Assembly: GCF_000011465.1 (NCBI RefSeq)
Contig: NC_005072.1
Span: 1,140,001-1,172,000 of the forward strand
Length of the DNA stretch: 32,000 bases
Source of the DNA: Prochlorococcus marinus subsp. pastoris str. CCMP1986
Lineage (GTDB): Bacteria > Cyanobacteriota > Cyanobacteriia > PCC-6307 > Cyanobiaceae
Direction: 5' to 3'
Shown: in pieces, positions 27,016 through 32,000 of the stretch
Layout: every line of letters begins with the position of its first letter
How positions within the stretch are numbered: position 1 is the stretch's first letter
Notes under the pieces: model-generated
The model's database searches: none
The model's input: the letters and a program-made list of their open reading frames with translations, nothing else
What the model was told of the DNA's origin: nothing
Position numbers and translations under genes: made by a program

Positions 27016-28518
27016 ATGAGTAGTTTCATCACCCCAATTATTCAAATAAATGAAGCATGCAAATACAATAACTGTATCTTGGGTTATGGCCATTTCAACT
27101 CAATTCATACCGGGCATATAAGATATTTAAAACGTGCTAAAGATATAAATAATATTCTTTTAGTTGCAGTACTTAAAGATCCACAATTTCAAGGAGTTAT
27201 TTTTACTCAAGAGGAAAGAGCTGAGTCTATTGCACAATTAGGTATTGCTAATGCTATTGTTCTTCTACCTGATAACAACCTTGAAAAAGCAGTTAATATA
27301 ATAAATCCTAGAGAACTTATTTTAGGAAAAGAGTACGAGAATTCTAATATAAATAATATTAATACTACAGTTAAAAATTTAAAAGCTAAAAACAAAGCAA
27401 TCTATTTCCATGCTGGAGAAATAAACTATGCAAATACAGAGTTATTAACTATATCAGAAGATAATCTTAAAAAAGAAAGAGAAAAAGAATTTTTAAAAGC
27501 TTTAAAAAGACAGAATATTTCTTGTGAAAATCTTATAGAGACTAGTAAAAGAATTAAGAATACAAAATTAATTGTAATTGGAGATTCTATCGTTGATCAA
27601 TATGCATCGTGCGAAGCATTAGGTATGAGTGCTGAAGCCCCAGTAATTGTAGTAAAGGAATTAGAACAGAAAAATTTTGTGGGAGGAGCTGCAATTGTAG
27701 CCTCTCATATAACCAGACTAGGTTCTGAATGTGAATTTATCTCAGTTATAGGTTCTGATGAGCCCGGTAAATGGATTCATAAAGAATTAAAAAAAAATTC
27801 AGTAAAACCAAATTTATTTATTGATAAAAATAGACCTACAACCTTTAAAAAAAGATACATTGTTGAGAATCAAAAGCTTTTTAGGGTAAGTCGATTAGAG
27901 GATCATATGATTGACAAAGAAACAACAAAAAAGATTCTTGATTACGTTTATAAAGCAAGTTTAAATGCTAATGGAATTGTAATTTCTGATTTTGTTTATG
28001 GAATAATAACAGGTGAACTTTTAAAAGGAATTACTAAATTTGCTAACGAGAGTGGGATTAAACTTTATGGTGATCTTCAATGTAGTAGTCAAATAGGTGA
28101 TATTTCCAGAATGGAGGATTTCACACTTATTTGTCCAAATGAAAGAGAAGCAAGAATATCTATTCAAAATAAAGATATTGGTTTAGAGGAATTATGCAGA
28201 ATATTAATAAGTAAAACAAAATGTGAAAATCTTATTATGAAACTAGGTGCTAACGGTTTTATTGTTTACTCACATCAAAAAGGAGAATCTCCAAGGGTAC
28301 AAGCATTCCCAGCATTATCTGTAAATCCAGTTGACGTATCAGGCGCTGGAGACACTCTTCTTTCAATAATGGCTGCAGGTTTATCTAGTGGATCAAAAAT
28401 AATGGATGTAGCGGCATTAGCATGCTGTGGTAGTGCAATTGCCGTTGATACTATGGGCAACAACCCCATTGAAATTGAAAAAATTATTGATAAAGCAATT
28501 AAGATTTTTAATAAATAA
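27016..28518 (+). CDS. Bifunctional HldE-like protein with reversed domain order: N-terminal cytidylyltransferase-fold nucleotidyltransferase, C-terminal PfkB heptose-7-phosphate kinase
   Basis: N-terminal GYGHFNSIHTGHIRYLKRAKD..LLVAVLKD (HxGH motif). From about residue 180, KLIVIGDSIVDQYASCEALGMSAEAPVIVVKELEQKNFVGGAAIVASHITRLG. The PfkB signature DVSGAGDTLL is near the C-terminus. Confidence 0.8.
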   Translation: MSSFITPIIQINEACKYNNCILGYGHFNSIHTGHIRYLKRAKDINNILLVAVLKDPQFQGVIFTQEERAESIAQLGIANAIVLLPDNNLEKAVNIINPRELILGKEYENSNINNINTTVKNLKAKNKAIYFHAGEINYANTELLTISEDNLKKEREKEFLKALKRQNISCENLIETSKRIKNTKLIVIGDSIVDQYASCEALGMSAEAPVIVVKELEQKNFVGGAAIVASHITRLGSECEFISVIGSDEPGKWIHKELKKNSVKPNLFIDKNRPTTFKKRYIVENQKLFRVSRLEDHMIDKETTKKILDYVYKASLNANGIVISDFVYGIITGELLKGITKFANESGIKLYGDLQCSSQIGDISRMEDFTLICPNEREARISIQNKDIGLEELCRILISKTKCENLIMKLGANGFIVYSHQKGESPRVQAFPALSVNPVDVSGAGDTLLSIMAAGLSSGSKIMDVAALACCGSAIAVDTMGNNPIEIEKIIDKAIKIFNK

Positions 28519-28586
28519 TTGCAAATTAAAGTGTTCGTTTTTTATTTGAAAGTATAAAATTGTATCTACACATAATTCTAATTTAA

Positions 28587-29534
28587 ATGAATATTTTAGT
28601 AACTGGAGGAAATGGATATAAAGGGAGTGTATTAATTCCAAAGCTGCTTGAAAAAGGACACCACGTGACATCAATAGATATTAATTGGTTCGGAGAATAT
28701 CTCTTGCCTCATAAAAACCTTAAAGTCTTTAAAAAAGATATCAGAGAAATTAAGTTAGAGGATTTGAAAGGGATTGAAACTATTATTCATTTAGCAAATA
28801 TCGCAAATGATCCTTTGGTTGAATTAGAACCACAGTTAAGTTGGGAGGTTAATGTATTAGCTAGTCAGCAATTAGCTGAAAAAGCAGTTAAATCAGGAGG
28901 AGTTAAAAATTTCATCTTTGCTAGTTCAGGCAGTGTTTATGGCATTAGTGATAAAGAAAAAGTTACCGAAGAAACTGATTTATTACCTATTTCTGAATAT
29001 AACAAGACAAAAATGGTTGCAGAAAGGATTTTTTTAAGTTATAAAGATTCGATGAATATTTTTTGTATAAGACCTGCTACTGTTTGTGGAGTATCTCCAA
29101 GAATGAGATTAGATGTATCAGTAAATGTCCTAACATATTCTGCTCTATCAAAAGGAATTATTACTGTATTTGGCGGCGATCAAATAAGACCAAATATACA
29201 TATTGATGATATATGTGATTTATATATATTCTTTATTGATAATTATAAAAGACTTGAATCAGGATTCTATAATGCTGGTTTTGAAAACATTTCAATTATG
29301 GATATAGCAAAATATGTAAAAGAAATTCTTCCAAATACGATCATAAATGTTACACCATCAAATGATCCTAGATCATATCGTCAGTGTTCTGACAAAATTT
29401 TAAAGCTTGGCTTTATGCCAAAAAAGAATGTGAAAATTGCAATACAAGAAATAATTAAAGAATTCAAAAATAATAAATTAAATACAAATGAAACATGTTT
29501 TTCCGTTAAGTGGCTTAAAAAGTCATTTAAATAG
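28587..29534 (+). CDS. NAD-dependent NDP-sugar epimerase/dehydratase (extended SDR), specificity unknown
   Basis: MNILVTGGNGYKGS, FASSGSVYG, YNKTKMVAE (YxxxK), IRPATVCG. Last biosynthetic gene of the heptose-type operon. It does not obviously resemble HldD. Confidence 0.65.
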   Translation: MNILVTGGNGYKGSVLIPKLLEKGHHVTSIDINWFGEYLLPHKNLKVFKKDIREIKLEDLKGIETIIHLANIANDPLVELEPQLSWEVNVLASQQLAEKAVKSGGVKNFIFASSGSVYGISDKEKVTEETDLLPISEYNKTKMVAERIFLSYKDSMNIFCIRPATVCGVSPRMRLDVSVNVLTYSALSKGIITVFGGDQIRPNIHIDDICDLYIFFIDNYKRLESGFYNAGFENISIMDIAKYVKEILPNTIINVTPSNDPRSYRQCSDKILKLGFMPKKNVKIAIQEIIKEFKNNKLNTNETCFSVKWLKKSFK

Positions 29535-29557
29535 CTACAAATTTTTTTATTTTAAGA

Positions 29558-30517
29558 ATGTCTAAAAATGCACCTTTAGTCACTATTGGAATACTTTGTT
29601 TCAACGCTGAATCTTCAATTTTAAATGCCTTAAGTAGTGCATTAAATCAAACCTATAAAAAAAAAGAGATTATAGTTATAGATGATTGTTCAACTGATAA
29701 TTCATTAAAAGTTATAAAGGAAAGTAAATATATAAATGACATTAAGGTTTTTAAAAATAAACAAAACAAAGGTGCCGCTTATTCAAGGAATATCATAACT
29801 AAGAAATCAAAAGGTTCTTATATATGCTATATGGATGATGATGATTTCTCAGACAAAAAAAGAATCGAAATTCAACTAAAAGGAATAATTGATGAAGGAT
29901 TTAAGAAAAGTGATTGTGTAATATCTATTTGCAATATAAACAGAGAATATTCCTCTGGATATATAAAAGAGATGAAAGTATTTGGCTCAAAAGCTTTAAA
30001 ACCCAATAATTATGAAATGATAGATTTTTTACTTTTTAATGAAAAAAAAGCAAAAGTTGATTATGGTTTTGGATGTCCAGCTTGTGCAATGTTAATCTCT
30101 AAAAAAGCTTTAGAAATTGTTAAAGGTTTTGATGAAACTCTAAAGAGAGTTGAAGATATGGATATAACTATAAGACTTTCTAGAGAGGGTTGTAATTTTA
30201 TTAATTCAAAAAAGACCTTTGTTAATCAGCTTTCAACTCTAGGAGAAGATAAATTGCCTATTAACAATTTAAAATCTGAAATACAAATCATAAAAAAAAA
30301 TAAAAACTACTTAAAAAATAAAAATATTTATTCTTATAGTAGATTATGGCCATATTTGCGTTTCTACCATTTCACCGGAAATTACTTTTTTTTAATATTT
30401 TTTCTTATAGTTATATTTTTTATAAATCCCAAGAGAACTCTATACCATTTCATTTCATCAACAATAAATAGAATTAAACATGAGCATAAAATAAAAAATT
30501 TTAAAAAAAGGGACTAA
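29558..30517 (+). CDS. Glycosyltransferase family 2 with a C-terminal TM segment
   Basis: VTIGILCFNAESSILNALSSALNQTYKKKEIIVIDDCSTDNS, YMDDDDFSD (DxD) and a C-terminal hydrophobic FFLIFFLIVIFFI. Confidence 0.75.
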   Translation: MSKNAPLVTIGILCFNAESSILNALSSALNQTYKKKEIIVIDDCSTDNSLKVIKESKYINDIKVFKNKQNKGAAYSRNIITKKSKGSYICYMDDDDFSDKKRIEIQLKGIIDEGFKKSDCVISICNINREYSSGYIKEMKVFGSKALKPNNYEMIDFLLFNEKKAKVDYGFGCPACAMLISKKALEIVKGFDETLKRVEDMDITIRLSREGCNFINSKKTFVNQLSTLGEDKLPINNLKSEIQIIKKNKNYLKNKNIYSYSRLWPYLRFYHFTGNYFFLIFFLIVIFFINPKRTLYHFISSTINRIKHEHKIKNFKKRD

Positions 30518-30518
30518 T

Positions 30519-31619
30519 ATGAGAAATAATAAAAAAAGGATAATTGGATTTGTATGCACCAGTTTTGATAATGTAGCAGGTGGATTAGAAAGGCAAATTA
30601 TTAGAACTAGTGAAAGTTTAAATTTAAAAGGATACAAAATTTATATTATTAGTTTTGATAATAATTCAGCAAAATCTTTCTACCAAATTCCAAATCAGAT
30701 TGAGTGGTTAAAATGCGGAAATGGTCTTAAACCTCATACATCGGCAAAAAAATACCAAAGGTTAAAGCAAATTTTACATCTAAGAAAAACAATAAAAAAA
30801 TATAAAATTACAGATATTATTACTTTCCATCATGGAATATTTCCAAGAGTCTTTTTAGCTTCATTTGCATTAAAAATTATTCATATTGTCTCGGAAAGAA
30901 ATTCTCTTAAAAATTACGATTATATAAAATTGAATAAAATAAATTTAGGATTTCTTTCTCTATTTTTTGCTAATAAAATTACAGTCCAACTAAAATCATA
31001 TATAAAAGATTATCCATTCTTTTTAAGAAAAAAAATATATGTCATTAGTAATATTTTAAAGAATCCCTTAGAAAAATATAAAGCCCCAGACTTAAATAGT
31101 AATAAGGTTGCAATGGCTGGAAGATTATGTGCCCAAAAGAACTTTACTCCTCTTTTAGATCAAATCAAAAAATCAAATTCAAATGAAATTGAAGTATCAA
31201 TAGCTGGTGAAGGAGGGTTGAGATCTTTTTTAGAAAAAGAATATAACGAGCAAATTAAAAATTCTACCTTAAATTTAAGAGGAAATATTAAAAATATTGA
31301 CTCATTTTTTTCTGAATCCGCAATATTTTGTTTCCCTTCATTATGGGAAGGATATCCAAATTCGCTTGTCGAGGCCTTAAGGATGGGACTTCCAATTGTT
31401 ACTTCTAAAAGGATGAAATACTTAACAGAATTTGTAGAAAATAATGTCAATGGATTGATCCTTGATGATAATGATTTTCTATTTGAAATTAAGAAATTAA
31501 TAGTTGACAAGGAGAGATTAAATTTTATGAGTTTACAAAGCCACAATAAATATATTGCTTTATGCAAAAGAAATCCTATTAAAGATTGGATTAAACTAAT
31601 AGAAAGTAATTATCAGTAA
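30519..31619 (+). CDS. Glycosyltransferase, GT-B fold (GT4-like)
   Basis: EX7E region FPSLWEGYPNSLVEALRMGLPIVTS. Starts 1 nt after the upstream stop. Confidence 0.75.
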   Translation: MRNNKKRIIGFVCTSFDNVAGGLERQIIRTSESLNLKGYKIYIISFDNNSAKSFYQIPNQIEWLKCGNGLKPHTSAKKYQRLKQILHLRKTIKKYKITDIITFHHGIFPRVFLASFALKIIHIVSERNSLKNYDYIKLNKINLGFLSLFFANKITVQLKSYIKDYPFFLRKKIYVISNILKNPLEKYKAPDLNSNKVAMAGRLCAQKNFTPLLDQIKKSNSNEIEVSIAGEGGLRSFLEKEYNEQIKNSTLNLRGNIKNIDSFFSESAIFCFPSLWEGYPNSLVEALRMGLPIVTSKRMKYLTEFVENNVNGLILDDNDFLFEIKKLIVDKERLNFMSLQSHNKYIALCKRNPIKDWIKLIESNYQ

Positions 31620-32000
31620 TGCAACAAGAAGCTTTATTAACATGTGCATTTTCAACTTATAATGCATCAGAAACTATAGAATTTGCAATAGAATCTGCTT
31701 TTAATCAAACATATAAAAATAAAGAGTATTTAATAATAGATGACTGTTCAAATGATAATACTTTGAAAATTATTAGTGAAATAAATAAGAAAAAAAATAA
31801 TGTTATCCATATTGTCAAAAACGATAAAAATAGAGGTATAGGAGAAGTTAGAAATCAATTAATAAAATTATCGAATGGAGTATTTATTGCTTTTTTTGAT
31901 CATGATGACTACAGCCATCCAGATAGAGTTAAAGAGCAAATAAAATCAATTCAAAGATTCGAAAAGAAGCATAATATTCAATCAGAAAATTCACCTTTAT
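31619..32000 (+). CDS. Glycosyltransferase family 2, 3'-truncated by the window edge (absent from the ORF track)
   Basis: The ATG at 31619 overlaps the upstream TAA (TAATG). My translation is MQQEALLTCAFSTYNASETIEFAIESAFNQTYKNKEYLIIDDCSNDNT...FFDHDDYSHPDR, with the GT2 N-terminal and DxD motifs. The frame is open to the end of the window. Confidence 0.7.
   Translation, partial: MQQEALLTCAFSTYNASETIEFAIESAFNQTYKNKEYLIIDDCSNDNTLKIISEINKKKNNVIHIVKNDKNRGIGEVRNQLIKLSNGVFIAFFDHDDYSHPDRVKEQIKSIQRFEKKHNIQSENSPL

Noticed and set aside
28417-28674. 85-aa minus-strand ORF across the hldE-like/SDR spacer
   Set aside because: Most of it is antisense to two supported CDS. It has no upstream signal or motif. 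The 68-bp spacer is better explained as an ordinary intergenic region.
31160-31567. 135-aa minus-strand ORF inside the GT4 gene
   Set aside because: It is antisense to a well-supported glycosyltransferase (EX7E motif) and has no motifs of its own. It is a shadow ORF.

Overview
This is a strongly AT-rich window with short-to-moderate spacers. It looks like a bacterial cell-surface glycan (LPS / O-antigen / capsule) genomic island. The style fits a low-GC marine picocyanobacterium such as high-light Prochlorococcus, but the taxon cannot be confirmed from sequence alone.

I support 31 CDS (two cut by the window edges) and one tRNA-Arg(UCU). I found no CRISPR array, rRNA, transposase, integrase or phage gene.

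Layout:
- Left flank (1-3483): housekeeping-like genes. These are rsmI, a small membrane protein, an HTH protein, manC and the tRNA.
- 3.6-5.0 kb: an O-antigen ligase/polymerase-family membrane protein.
- 5.3-20.4 kb: a 15-kb minus-strand block.
  - Two diverged paralogous GT-C-like membrane proteins (5324-6697 and 14292-15683) bracket a cassette. The cassette holds two polyprenyl-phosphate-type GT2 enzymes (one fused to GtrA) and a CDP-3,6-dideoxyhexose pathway (rfbH-like, rfbF, rfbG, a reductase, rfbE/tyvelose-epimerase-like).
  - These are followed by fcl, gmd, galE and a UDP-glucuronate 4-epimerase.
- 20.6-23.6 kb: a Wza-like exporter, a methyltransferase-like protein and a GT4.
- 23.8-32.0 kb: a plus-strand heptose-type operon. 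It encodes gmhB-like, an LhgO-like flavoenzyme, a sugar-1-P nucleotidyltransferase, gmhA, a domain-swapped hldE-like protein and an SDR epimerase, followed by three glycosyltransferases.

Most interesting candidates:
1. A putative Gtr/Arn-style periplasmic glycan-decoration module wired to a CDP-dideoxyhexose pathway.
2. An RfbH/E1-like 3-dehydrase that keeps the catalytic His but has none of the Fe-S cysteines, with no E3 reductase gene nearby.
3. A heptose operon with reversed HldE domain order and an embedded L-2-hydroxyglutarate-oxidase-like flavoprotein.

All functional calls rest on motif recognition by eye, not on database searches.
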